A program made the translations under genes and the position numbers. Below, in pieces: positions 51,801 to 64,000 of a stretch of 64,000 nt of DNA. How positions within the stretch are numbered: position 1 is the first letter of the stretch; each line of letters opens with the position of its first letter. The notes under the pieces were generated by a model that did no database searches, was not told the DNA's origin, and worked only from the letters and a program-made list of their open reading frames with translations. Source of the stretch: Lingula anatina (Eukaryota; Animalia; Brachiopoda); contig CM120640.1 in assembly GCA_051362555.1 (NCBI GenBank), forward strand, positions 53,174,788 through 53,238,787, given 5' to 3'.

Positions 51801-54800
51801 AGTAAAACTGTCTTCCACTTATGGTGTTAACGATAAAAGTGCACGGCGACGGCAACATGGACGGTGACGACAGATGCAGGTGATGGCAATATGTACATAA
51901 TAAAATATATGTATCGTGGATTTTCAGAAAATGTGACTAGCATGGGTCTTCAAGCCCGTGGAGGTTCTAAGTCACACCTTGAAAATGCCAATATGTAAAC
52001 AAGACAGCACTGTCCTGAAATGTGTTTTTTTCCATTTTTAACAATTGTTTAACATATAACAAAATTAACAGTTTACTGCCATTTTTATATGATCAACTAA
52101 GAAAATTGATGACATGGGAAAAATATCAATAGAACAGTGTTTAATGTCCAATTTCCTCCATTCCGAGTTTCTGAACATAGTGAATGAATTAATCTGACAA
52201 ACTGCAATGATATGAGTTTTTTTCCATTTTTGAAACTCTGTTATACAATACATGATAACAAGTTTACCATCCTTTTTACATAATCAACTAACAATGTTGT
52301 AAAGTTGCAGGAAATGTCAAACAAACACATTTACATATCTTATTAGTTAAATAATGAGACTGTTAACATGCCTAAGAATTGAATCTGAGGAAATGTGAAA
52401 AAACAGCATAACTTATAAAATAATGGCCCCATTATGCTGATTTTTGAACTTGACCTGCGTTTTAGTAAGATTGATTACTAATGTGAGTTTCATGACAACA
52501 GGCCTATCGGTTTTCCTTGAAATGTGTTAACAATGTTGCATATATGCTAAAAAGTGAAAAAACAGCATAACTACTAAAATAGTGGCCCGATCATGCCGAT
52601 TTTCGAACTTGACTTGCGTTTTAGTAAGATTGATTACTCCTGTGAGTTTAATGACAACAAGCCTATCGGTTTTCCTTAAAATGTGTTAACAGGGTTGCAT
52701 ATATGCTGAAAAGTGAAAAAACAGCAAAACTTCTACAATAATGACCCGATCATGCTGATTTTCGAACTTGACCTGTGTTTTATGAATATTCATCAGCTCT
52801 GTAAATATAAAGCCAAAAAGTAAAACTGCCCTCCACTTATCGTGTTAACAAGGAAAGTGCACGGCGCCGGCATCGGCATCGGCGACGGCATCGGCGACGA
52901 CAGACGCAGGTGATGGCAATATGTACAGACACTTCTGTGTCTGTACATAAAAAACTGACTTAGTATGCCTATTCTAAAAAATGTAATCTTTTTTGGAGTC
53001 ATTCTACCAAAAAAACTAATATAGAAAAAATAATATACAAACCTGGAAAAAAAGATGATATATTGTTTTCTTTTAGTTTTTCTTGTAAGCTTTCATCTAA
53101 CCCTTTCACGGCATCCAAAGCAGACTTTTGATATCTGATGTCAATAGGAACAATAGTTGGATGGGATAACCAGGCTGGCAACTGGCGGTGAACCTGAAAT
53201 AAGAATATTTACCATGGTAGGGTGCATAACAAGCTCACAATTTTACAAAATATCTTAAATAAAAAATAATTTGTCATACGTATGTGAAAGAATGTCTCTT
53301 TACATACTATCGGCACATAACATTTTTTGCCACCAAATATTTGTATTTCAATTGATGAGTTAACTTCAATACCTTTTCTTGTTTCTTTTTATAAAAGTTT
53401 CCAAGGACTGTAAAGCCTCCTTCTGCAGTTTGGTCCTCAGTGGCAAAATCCTGCCTTTCATCTTCTATTTGATCATCAGCATCTGCAATACCATTCTCAG
53501 TTGACTCTTTTAAAGACTTTACTGGAGGTTCATCAGAAATATCTGCTTGTTCTTTGTCATCTTGCTGTTGATGTGCAAATCTCTTTCTTTTCTTTTCCCC
53601 TTGTAAATCTTGAGAAATTGACTCAACAACTCCAGGATCTTGGTCTGTTATAAGTTTTCTCTTTTCCCTTTTCCTTTTCACATTTTTTGCAGAGGGCTTA
53701 GATTCATCTTTTTTTAAAAAGGTCTCTTTCAAATCACTTGGCTTCGTTTCTACATTATCAACTGGATGTTTAACCGATTCCTCTTTAATATTAAAAGAGG
53801 CATTTTGAGTCAAATCCCTATGCTTTAAAATTGCACTTTCTTCTTTTGCTTCCTGTACATTGGAACATGATTGCCTTCTTTTCTCTTTAGCTTTTCTGTG
53901 AATATTTGCAAGTATATCTGCAGCTTTTTTGTTTTTGTTTCCATCTGTATCATATGCATCACCGCTGAATCTAAAATATATTAAATATACCTTGTTTTCA
54001 TTCATAAAAATTACAAGAACAATCAATAACAAGAACTTAAAAATTCTAGTGACTGTTTGAACAATATCAGGAATTTTAAAAAGTTCTAGTCACATTTACT
54101 TACTAGTAATATAAAATATTCTATTTGGCTATAGCTTTTATCTATTATCTCAACACTGTATTGTAAACTTATGAACAAGTTAGATGAAGAAAAGTGTGCT
54201 TACATTTGTTGGGAATAAGGAGTAATAATCAGTTTGAACACATAATGATTTTACAGATGTCAAATGTTATGTAACAAAAATTTGAATAAAACACCTACGA
54301 CAACATTTTATAATATACATCACAAAACCAATGCATTAGCACTTCTGTTTCTGATATGTACACTGTGCTAAAACATGAAAGCAAAGGCCTCAAAAATTGT
54401 AAATAACAACCAGTTTGTGCATCCATTGTGATGCTCATTTTAGCTTACCTCTCACTGTAAAATCAAGCACCCGTAAAAAAGTTATAATAATAATGATCAC
54501 AAATGGGTTTCTGAATACATCAGGTAGGTCAAATAATGACACACTGTTTTTCTCTCTGGAAAGCAACCTACTAAGCAGAATTGTGTACAAAATTGCTTGA
54601 CCAACATGATTATTCATGTTTGTTTAGAACAGGAAACCATTTCTAATATATTTCTCACACTAAGAAGTCTGTTTGTGGCAGCTGTGTTTGACTTCACAGT
54701 AACCTAACTGGTAGACCAACAGATGAATGTTACCATATTCATGGCTCTGTTGACAGAAAACTTGTTGGCTTTCCTGGAGTGTGTGAGTTGAAAAGATGAC

Positions 54801-56191
54801 AAGTAAGATAAAAATTGGAGAGCTCCCCCATCATGGTAGATGTGCACACTGGTTAAATTTTTAGAGGGCTTTGGTCTCTTGTGTTAAAACAGTGTATAGA
54901 TCATATGTATACATGATATGGATCAGATATCATAAATATGAGTGCTAATGGGTGAATTTTGTGCTATAGAATATATTAAAGTCGTTTTGTGTTTTTGAGA
55001 TTCATGTACCAAGGTGACATCAATACATCAATAAAGAGTAAGAGCAAGGCCCGTTGTTGCATGCTTTTTACTGAGGGAACCCCAAATTTTGTTACAAGTC
55101 TGTCTTAAAAGTCAAATTATGTTTTAATTTTACACATTTAATTACTCGTCTGCGATATGGTGCACTTGATCACCATTTCTGCTATTCAAATAATTTGATC
55201 TAGTATTATTTCTAATGGTCTTTTGTGTTTTAACATACTCCAAGCTATTCATACATGATGAGAGCTGAGAATACTTCAGGAGTGAACATCAACTCATCGT
55301 TTAAATTTAAAGTTTAATTAATTGTAGGTATATCACAATCTGCTAGGGGCGCTACAGTAGTAACTATCCAGGGGCAGTGAAGTGTAAAACTGATATCAGC
55401 CTGCTGACAGCTCGCCTATGGCACCCCTTTTTTAAATCTCTCTTTTAGCGCCGCGTAAAAAACACTAATACAAGCCATTAACTAAATAAGCTGTAAATGA
55501 AAGAGTAAAATCCGATCACATGATTTTCCCCGTGTTGCAGTCTTTGAGAAGTTTCAGTTCAGGGCGTTTGAAGTTATGCCTCGACAAAATGCTCAAAAAT
55601 GTCAGTTAAGTGCTGGTTTCAGCTTTTTGAAATTTATAGCGAATAAAGTTTATGAAATTTGCAATATAATGTAGAAAAATCATGAAAATTAAACCATGCG
55701 AAGTATAGTTTATATTTGATGCCCAAAATTTATAGTACATGATCTGCACGGAAGCCATCCAAGCCATGTGCTTGTGCGGTCGCCAATTTGGGTTTGTTTC
55801 CGGGTCATTAGATTAACAAACAGCCATAATTGCCCTAATTGGTCACAAGCAATTTGAGATGCAGCTACAGCTGAGTGATCACCGCTGGTCAGTAGTGACA
55901 GGTTTTAAGCTGAATAGTGTGGACACTTTTGGTGAATTTTTGCAGTTAAAAAACTTCAATATCTTTGTTGCTTGTAAGAATATTTAAAAATTTCCAAGTG
56001 ATTTCATCCAGTTTTTGCATTACCTTTCAGATGATATAAGTATTATAATTTTCTGATCAGTTTGAAAATTTTTCTGATATACCTATTAATTGGGAACACT
56101 GTACTGAAGGACTTTTTGTAAATGCGGTATACTAGTATAACATTTTAAAATTAACAAAAAAAACTAACCTAGAAACTGAAAATAATGCCAT
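40513..56191 (-). CDS. DDX51: DEAD-box RNA helicase DDX51 (Dbp6), ~701 aa, 16 coding exons
   Basis: Exons 56169-56191, 53373-53970, 53043-53193, 49865-50004, 48480-48596, 48217-48278, 47959-48067, 47461-47573, 46651-46672, 46284-46419, 45885-45964, 45497-45612, 42511-42627, 41277-41442, 40771-40905 and 40513-40533 are all phase-consistent (2106 nt). Motifs: MALFSVSR start, [46 protein letters not shown]. Confidence 0.93.
41157..41227. repeat. (TA)n microsatellite
   Basis: Pure TA run in a DDX51 intron. Confidence 0.95.
41666..42473 (+). mobile_element. Probable solo LTR (~808 bp), antisense within a DDX51 intron
   Basis: TGTTGC...GCTACA termini, 5-bp flanks acctc/acttc (one mismatch), and AATAAA at 42417, ~55 bp from the 3' end. 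Confidence 0.55.
42638..44855 (+). mobile_element. Non-autonomous Helentron (HINE) with internal ~300-bp and ~160-bp tandem repeats
   Basis: Starts aacaagg in an A/T run, with subterminal tgtacagaca (42661). ~160-bp units begin near 44276, 44436 and 44595, followed by a (GGCATC/GGCGAC)n microsatellite and the 3' hairpin atgtacagacac-atct-gtgtctgtacat then an A run. A second copy starts at 50128. Confidence 0.82.
45021..45099. repeat. (CA)n microsatellite
   Basis: Pure CA run. Confidence 0.95.
45105..45400. mobile_element. Left-truncated copy of the 38464 TTAA MITE
   Basis: Shares ccatacttaccaatggttaatgaatccatttttacattcaa and the right TIR aagagttgttatccct-ttaa. The left end is replaced by the (CA)n tract. 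Confidence 0.8.
46965..47452 (+). mobile_element. Degenerate HINE-like element of another family
   Basis: Contains two aatccc..aagttt.aact repeat units and a 3' cccctgacttt...agaagtgcaggg hairpin-like end preceded by a cagatggacag tract. Boundaries are approximate. Confidence 0.35.
48785..48876. repeat. (TA)n microsatellite
   Basis: Pure TA run. Confidence 0.95.
48974..49771. mobile_element. Non-autonomous PIF/Harbinger-like DNA transposon (~800 bp, TAA TSD)
   Basis: Perfect ~34-bp TIRs ggccacacttttttatttttatggatgacatcct flanked by TAA on both sides, with a CpG-rich interior. Confidence 0.88.
50128..52954 (+). mobile_element. Second HINE copy with an internal ~1-kb duplication of its 3' half
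   Basis: Same aacaaggcagcaaagctgtcaaatgtacagacaaaaagcagg start and terminal hairpin (52921-52948) as the 42638 copy. Segment ~50870-51900 is repeated as ~51900-52950. Confidence 0.82.
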
Positions 56192-56389
56192 CGCCTCTTT
56201 TCACACAACTCTGCTGTCATATATAATCTAACTATCAGCGAAGTACACCATAACCTATCAGCCTGTGTTACTCATGCCATCTCAAGGGCGCAGACATGTT
56301 TGTTGTTCATTTCCGTAAGAATTGTGGGAAATCCAATATAAACCAATCAAATAGAGACGAATAACCGGAAGTTTTCATTAGAGTTTGAC
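56192..56389. promoter_or_regulatory. Bidirectional promoter between DDX51 and FICD
   Basis: Only 198 bp separate the divergent ATGs. The interval has two CCAAT boxes (~56333, ~56343) and an ETS site CCGGAAGT (~56365). Confidence 0.7.
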
Positions 56390-57049
56390 ATGGCAAAATG
56401 GGAAGGTGAAGTCAAATGTGTTAACGGCTTTAGAAGCCATTTAGATAATGAAGAGGCAGGAGAAAAACGCGTAATGTTTCCAAAAGTTACTATATTGATT
56501 GTTCTATTTAGTGGTATAACTTTAGCTTATCTTTCCATATATATTCCAAATGTAACTCGCTTGATAACGAACGCAAGTTTTGGTTTCGGCGATTCCGAGT
56601 TAAAAAGTAAGGAAATTTCTAATCCTTCAGTTTTAATATACAAAAAACACCTTGAGGATTTACAATGTGACACTGTCACAAAGACGAGTTTACTGGCACG
56701 TTCAAAAAAAGTACTCGAGAAGAAAGAAGGTAAGTTATCATAAATCTTGGATAACATTAAAAACTGAACTAATTTTCACTTTCATTAAAAACGAGCTTGA
56801 CTGTCACCCTCATCGGTTAATGAATCTAAAAAACATAAAAGCATTTTAGAATACCGCAATAGCCTGCTATAAGCAAAATAATAATAACCATAAATAGATA
56901 AGGTTTAAATGATTGTTTTTAATAAATTTGATAAATTCACCGTATGTTACCTTAGTAAACTACAATGTATGTAGTTATATAAATAGTTTACAATGGTATA
57001 CTGTAGATTTACATATGGTGATTACATAATTTTGTTTATATATACTTAA

Positions 57050-57104
<55 letters not shown>

Positions 57105-58442
57105 TGGTAGACCAGTGTGGTATTTTAAAGTCATAATATGTGGTTTTTAGATTCATTTACCAACTAAATTGTCAGTAAAGCATTAGTACAAATTGAAATA
57201 ATCTGTTCTGAACACTGCTCAACATTTTTTTTTTCTGAATTATAAAATTTTACTTATCCTTTGTTTGTTTTGCTGTCAAATAAACTCAAGCTGAGGAAGT
57301 CGCATTAAAGAGAAATATTTTCACATTATATAGTTTTCAGGGTCCATATTATGTATATTTCTTCATTTCCAGAAGTGAAAACAGAAGCCTTGGCAGCTTT
57401 GAAACTGGCAGTTGAAATGAAGGAGCATGGTAAACATGAAAAAGCCTTGAAGCTGTTCGAACATGCATTGGCATTAGATCCAACACATGCAGATATTTTA
57501 AATGAATATGGAGAATTTCTAGAGAACCAAGGAGAGAACATCATCAAAGCAGAACACATGTATTACAGAGCTATTGCAGCCAGTCCACAGCACAGTAAAG
57601 CCATGGCTAACAGACAGAGGACGCTACCACTTGTACAAGAAATAGACCAAGCTCAGTTTAATAGGATAGAAAAGAAACGGGAGATGTTTTTTAGGATACC
57701 TGAAAATCACCCAGGACTCCGAAGGATGAAGAAAGAAAGTTATATTCATCATATATATCATACTGTAGCTTTGGAGGGTAATACTATGACTTTATCACAG
57801 ACAAGATCTGTAGTAGAGAACAGAATGGCTATTGCAGGCAAAAGCATTATGGAACACAATGAAGTCTTAGGACTAGATTTAGCTCTGAGCTATATTAATA
57901 GTACATTAGTACAAAAAATTGGGAAAATAACTTTAAATGATATTTTAGAAATTCACAAAAGAGTACTTGGGTTTGTAGACCCAGTTGAAGCAGGTCACAT
58001 ACGAAGCACTCAAGTTTATGTTGGACACTACATTCCTCCTGCAGCGAGTGATGTTTCTGGATTAATGGAGGAGTTTACAGAGTGGTTAAACTCTGATGTC
58101 TCTATGAGGATGCATCCAGTAGAACTTGGTGCTTTGGCCCACTATAAACTGGTGCTCATCCATCCATTTTATGATGGAAATGGAAGGACGGCAAGATTAC
58201 TCATGAATCTCATACTTATGCATGCTGGTTACCCTCCCATTATAATTCCAGTGGGCGAAAAACACCTATATTATCAACACATTGAGACAGCAAGTGAAGG
58301 AGATGTTAGGCCTTTTATTCGTTTTATTGCTTCAATATTGGAAAGAACATTAGATGATTACTTGCTCTCTGCCACCAAAGATTATGAGGGAAAATTATCA
58401 CTGTACCGAGAACAAGAAAGAGTGATAATTGTAGATCCTTAA
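56390..58442 (+). CDS. FICD: FIC-domain protein AMPylase (HYPE), ~469 aa, 2 coding exons
   Basis: Exons 56390-56729 and 57373-58442 joined by a phase-1 GT-AG intron. The protein has an N-terminal TM segment (VTILIVLFSGITLAYLSIYI), TPR repeats, the inhibitory helix TVALEGN and the catalytic HPFYDGNGRTAR motif. Confidence 0.95.
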
Positions 58443-61400
58443 ATTGTTTTGATACAATTTGAGATCTATGTATAGTATATTATTATAGTAAATATACTAT
58501 ATATATAGTATAATTACAGTTAAAGAGTTCCCTGAGAAGCACTGCCATAGGTCTAGTTAGTTTACTTTGCTCCTAACTTATACATTGTTTTAAAGGTATA
58601 TGTAGGAAAAACTTATTTTTGGCATTCCCCTTACATTTCTAGATAAGATAGTGGAGCAAATAAATTACTATGAATTGTTAAGCTATCTTTTAATATGGAA
58701 ATGAAATATGATGTCATGATAAATTATTTATTTTATGAATCTAGAATGTTTTGGGTTTACTCCATAAGCTGAAACTGCAAGTTTCTTTATGAATTTATCT
58801 TTATTGTAGATAACTGCCATTGAACATAAATATTGTGATAAATATAGTTATCTATCACAAGAGTGCAACAAAAACCCAAGGAACTTATTTATTTTTGTTT
58901 ATTTATTTGTTTGTTTTTTTTTTTGTTTTTTTTTTTCACAACTTTTTAAACTTTTTATGTTCTTTATGACAAGACTGATGATTGGAATATTGTTTCTTTT
59001 AGACATAAGACCCAAAATATATATTTATCTTCTATCCTAGTTTAGAGTCTTCAGTGGCTAGGTAGTTTTGGCATATTAAAATATAACATATTTATAAGCA
59101 TGATTTCATAATATATATAACTAAAATGGCTAATTCTAACATAATTTCTCTTCAAAAAGGCTGAATTTTTTCCTTTACATAATCAAAATAGCGATTAAAT
59201 GTTGAAAAGGATGAAGGATTTTCTTTAGCCGTGATATTGGCTTTTAGCATTTGGTGAAAAAGAAATGCACATGTTCACAAGAGCCAAAACTATACTGAAA
59301 ATAACAAAAAATATGATTGGCACCCAGCATCAACATACAAATTAACTGCTAGTGTCATTCTTATCGAAATAGTAATCTTACTAGCAGATCTTAAAATTAC
59401 ATTAGGCATTGCAGTGCTCATTCAAGACATAAGCTTTGTAGCTAATATAACCAAGTTTTTGTCTAGATCTGTTGCACTTCTTGATTTCTGATGTATATCT
59501 GTGATGTTTTTTTAATTTATTGATGCTGCAGGCCAGCTGTATGAGAAATTGTTATTTAAAGAGGAGGGAGTGCATGTGAATGTTCTTTGATTATTGAAAG
59601 ACTGACTTACCTAAAAGATCGACATATCTATTTTAGTTGACATCACCAAGAGCCAAATATTGTACATGGGGGCACTGTATAATATTGTTTCAGCTAATCC
59701 AATGTGAACACAAAAAGTTACACCAAACATTTGTATATATACAGATTTCATAATGTTTTAGTGATAGTTATCACTTTAGAAAACAGTTTTGTTCCAATGT
59801 ATGTGATTATTATCACTAAAACGTTATTTAATTAATTCCTGGAACCATGAACAATCTGATAGAAATATTCAAATGGTTTATTTGAAGAAAAATGTCATCT
59901 GGTTTGTAGGCTAGTAGGGTTTGGGTTATTAAATTTTTTAAAAAAATGTTTTCTTTAATGTTTCAGGTTTTTTTCATGGCATTCTTGAAAGTTTGGATAA
60001 AAAATTGTTTCTTTTTTTAGTTTTTCATGTGAAATATGTTGTGATCAGTCTTTTATATTTTTGACCAATTTTTTTTTTGAAAATAATTCTTGGTACACGT
60101 CAAGTGATTTGCCACAAGAGATAAGGGTAGTTAAAAAACAAAGATGAAGTGTTACAAGTTCCCAAGCCATCTTCCTCTTTACTCCAGATCTATGTAATAT
60201 GATGCCATACTCAGTTTTATATCTTACTGATAGTGAGATTTGTCAAAGAAGATTTGGATATACACAGGATATGGTTACTGTTTTAATCAGTATTTTGTGC
60301 AATTTGGTTTTTGAACATATTGATTAAATGCAATTCACAGCAAAATTGCCTAATACTTGTCTCTTTTTTTTTTTTTTTTTTTTTTTGAGATGAGTTTGGA
60401 GTCCAAATCTATTTTAACCAACTGAAAAGCAGTGGTGCAAGACACGGAGAATGAAGTTATACATTTAGTTTCATGGTAATCAACTTAAATCTTGTTTTGC
60501 CAGAAAAGAGAAAATCAATTAAGGAAAACAATTTATTAAATGTTAAAAAACCATTAAAGGAAAACAATTTGTTAAATGTTATTTATACTCCCTTAATTTG
60601 AAGACAATATTTTAAAATGTAATCAATCTCAATATCCCAGATTCGTGATGCATCTTGCCTGCCATAAAAGAATTGAAATGGGGACAAATGTATCAGTTTA
60701 GCTTTTGTAATTGGCCTAAAGGGAAAAATTACTTGGCAGAATATTGGTAAATGTGATTCAGCACAAAGGGTGATCACATTCACTTCAAACATGCATGGGT
60801 AATTTAAAAAGATAACTCAATATTAACTTAAAAATATATTTTTTTTATTGTATTTATATTTTTCTTTCTTTGGTCACAGAATATAGGATAAATTCTAAAA
60901 AGTAGTGATAAATATAATACTAATGATCACACTTTCTTTACATCATGAGTGGACATGCATTATGTATGCATGCATGGATATTTTTGTTCAATATAAATAT
61001 ATAAAACATGTAAACTGATTTTAAAAACTTGAAAAAGGCACATGGAAGCATAAATATCACATACATTTAGTGCACAATGATACAACTCACATTTTGACAC
61101 ATTATGAAAACTTTTAACATTAAAATGCATATCACTATAAATTATCATCAATTGACCAAGCAACACTGAGTTTCAGAGGTCACTAGAAATTCACCTCTCT
61201 ACTATCAGAATGCCTCCGTTGTGTCCAGCAATTGATCATCTCGCTTTTATCAAACATGCAGTTTTGAAAAAGATGAGAGGAGTTTCCAGCAGTTTCCAGC
61301 ATCCTCTGAAACTCGGGGTGCCAGGTTTAGCTCCACAGTACATGTAAATATTTTTTTCTCTTAAATGCATCATAACTTTCAATCAGTTCATTGCCAGACA

Positions 61401-61571
61401 GTCTAGACTCTTTACATCATACAAAAATGTAACAACAGGACAGATACTATCACTAGGTTGCAGCATGGAATACTGCAGTTAACTTTTACCATAAAATATT
61501 GAATAACATGGGGCACTAACAGACTCGTCAGTAACTGTAGAATCCTTCAGATGCATCAGTGGACATAAGCA

Positions 61572-63931
61572 TTAGACACCATTTATCAAAACAGGTGCTA
61601 GTGGGGGTCCTGGTTTCCCATAGGCATCCAGTGTCCTGGCCTTGTTCAACATATCCAAGACCTCTGGGGTATTTCTCATTGCTTGGTACTCTGCTGCTTC
61701 TCTGCCCAGCTGTAATACATTGAAAAAATGGGTTTACACTGAATTCAAGCGTAACAGCAAATGTATTCTTGCTACACATAATTTTCCAATTTTAATAATG
61801 TTAATGTTAAAATGAGATTGGCTTGTTCATTTCTAAAATGCTGTGTTATTCCTTTTAACATGAGTGTCATTCATTTACCCAGTCTTTTTTCTTCTCAATA
61901 TCTTCAGGATTTCTCTGCAGAAATAATTCTACAAATGGTCTTCCTATGTTTTCAGGCATGGCATAGGCATAGTGGAGTGGGTAGCGGTTACACTGGTAAG
62001 AAATACAATCAGAGTTACTAGTATTTCCATAATCTGGCAGTAAAACCAAGTCTTGGTTAAATAGTTTGAAAAGTCACATATAAAAGAAACTGGCAGATTA
62101 AACAAAAAGTTCAGAAGTAACAAGACCTACATGTACACCAAGCATCTTTAATGTACTCCTCTGCAATGCATACAGCATCATCAAATAGAAAACTTCTCTC
62201 AATAAACAAAACAGAAACAGTAAGTCTTTATTGCTTTTTTTTAATTAGTAGTATGCTATCTTACATTATCTGGAATACTCTTTAACACTGGTCTCATGAT
62301 GACCAATTTCTCTGCCACTGGAAGCTGGTTGAAGACCACTGCCCGTATTAATGCTGTATAGCCATTCTGAAAATCAAAATTCTTCAAGTGTCTAAATATG
62401 TTTTGACATGTTGAGAAATAAAATTATCAGAGGTAAATACATATGTGTACATGTTCAAATATACATGTACATGCACATATTCTAGAACACATGCACAAGC
62501 ATGCAGGCACTCACATACACATAAAAACTATTGTGACAAAAATGCTCACCTTGTCTACATATTCAGCTGTATTCAATTTCTCAACTTGTACAATATCTCC
62601 CCTTGCTGCTGCATGAAAAAGCTGGACTGCCATACACTGAAAAAAAAAACATAAAAGATTGAACTACCTGCTTACATGAAAGAAATTAAAACTGTTAGCA
62701 ATCTACATATATATACCAGTTCAATTATTATCATCAGCATGAAGTGGTGCTGTTGATTGTGTTCAAGAAAAAAATGTAAAAAAAAAAAAAAAACTAAATG
62801 CCTATTTTATACAGAGAAGGTTTTCAATTCATTTTGCTGGTGAACAAGTGTAGTTTCATTAAAATAAAATTTCATAAAAATGCAAGTTGAAAAGATTTGG
62901 ACAGTATTAAAGAGTTTTTTGATACAAGGGGGACTGATCAGCATTAAAATAAGTTATAAAAAGAATAAAAAAATAACTAAAACATACAAAAGATCCACAT
63001 CCAATGAAGAGACTTTCAGTATTTCTTAACTTCATCATTATAAGAAGTTGCATAGGATTACTGTCACCAGCTGTCACTTACATGACTTGATATTAAGTCT
63101 ACTGTTTTCAACAGCTTTTAATTCAACCTACCTCAATTTCAGTGCAGTGACTAATGGCAAACATATCCTCTTCACTCCCAATCTCCATAGCTACCTGCAA
63201 CAGGGCTTCACCAGTCTCCTAGAAAAGCAAAATAAATAGGTATGTATGATATGTATCACTTAGTTATTCAAAATATGTCCATATAAAAATAAATTGTTGC
63301 ACTTATCAAAGCTATAATATACTACTTTTCAATGAAGGAAATATAATGCATCTGAATCCAAAATAACCCAGTATATAATAAGGTCTTTTCTTTAACTCAC
63401 TCAATAAATATGATTTTTACTTTTCCTAATTTACATCTTACCTTACATGTACATGTACATGAATTGCTTTACAGTAAACAAGTAAGACTTCTTTCCATCT
63501 TTAAAAATGTGTCTATATCAGCACAACTACAGATTGGTTTCACCTTTCTTTACTTACATTGTCTTTAATTTGGAAATTTGCAAAGCCATAAAAACATGCC
63601 ACAAGCGTTCTCACAAACTGAAAACCAACTAGCCTTATGACAATCTGAAAATTATAGAAAAATAGGAATTATACTATGATATTTTTATTTATTATCTTGC
63701 AAATTTATACCATGACACAAAGAATATTTAAACTTAATGATCACATTTTGATGCAGTAATAGAACTGAAATCAATCAAAGACGTATGAATAAAATAGTAG
63801 ATTTGTATAAAAATAAACATACGAGCCTATTAGTAAGTAAATGATTCATCACAAGAACAAACCTTATCAATAGCTTGAACTATATCATGTTTTCCTAGGC
63901 TAAATGCTAGTTCTCTTGGTGTAAGTCCATT
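61572..63931 (-). CDS. Ankyrin-repeat-containing protein, last 7 coding exons (5' part lies beyond the window)
   Basis: Exons 63863-63931 (NGLTPRELAFSLGKHDIVQAIDK), 63558-63617, 63132-63218, 62550-62636 (LFHAAARGDIVQVEKL), 62265-62366 (NGYTALIRAVVFNQLPVAEKL), 61879-61992 (CNRYPLHYAY) and 61572-61709 (to TAA). All introns are GT-AG, phase 0, and the joined frame is open. Confidence 0.82.
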
Positions 63932-64000
63932 CTAAAATTTAAATAAATTAAATCATGTTTTAAAAAAGCTATATACAAGGTATCCAACTATGTACAGTAG

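Overview
AT-rich, intron-containing animal genomic DNA. The Helentron/HINE-type repeats suggest a mollusc or other lophotrochozoan (inference). I spliced six protein-coding genes by hand using GT-AG sites with consistent phases: IMMP1L (minus, 5 coding exons), an intronless DNAAF11/LRRC6 (minus), an MDR/alcohol-dehydrogenase-like gene with an altered zinc site (plus, 7 exons), DDX51 (minus, 16 exons), FICD (plus, 2 exons, head-to-head with DDX51) and the 3' part of an ankyrin-repeat gene (minus, runs off the window end). Introns and intergenic DNA hold many non-autonomous elements: two HINEs carrying ~160-bp tandem arrays, MITEs with 3-, 4-, 6- and 9-bp target-site duplications (TSDs), a probable solo LTR, and two ~30-bp palindromic micro-insertions with 7-bp TSDs. 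Most short ORFs in the supplied track are spurious. No rRNA, tRNA or CRISPR array was seen. The best leads are the 29-bp micro-transposon with an in-window empty site, a HINE whose terminator hairpin was deleted and then read through, a HINE inside a splice acceptor, the His-to-Phe ADH, and a speculative CxxU readthrough extension of IMMP1L.
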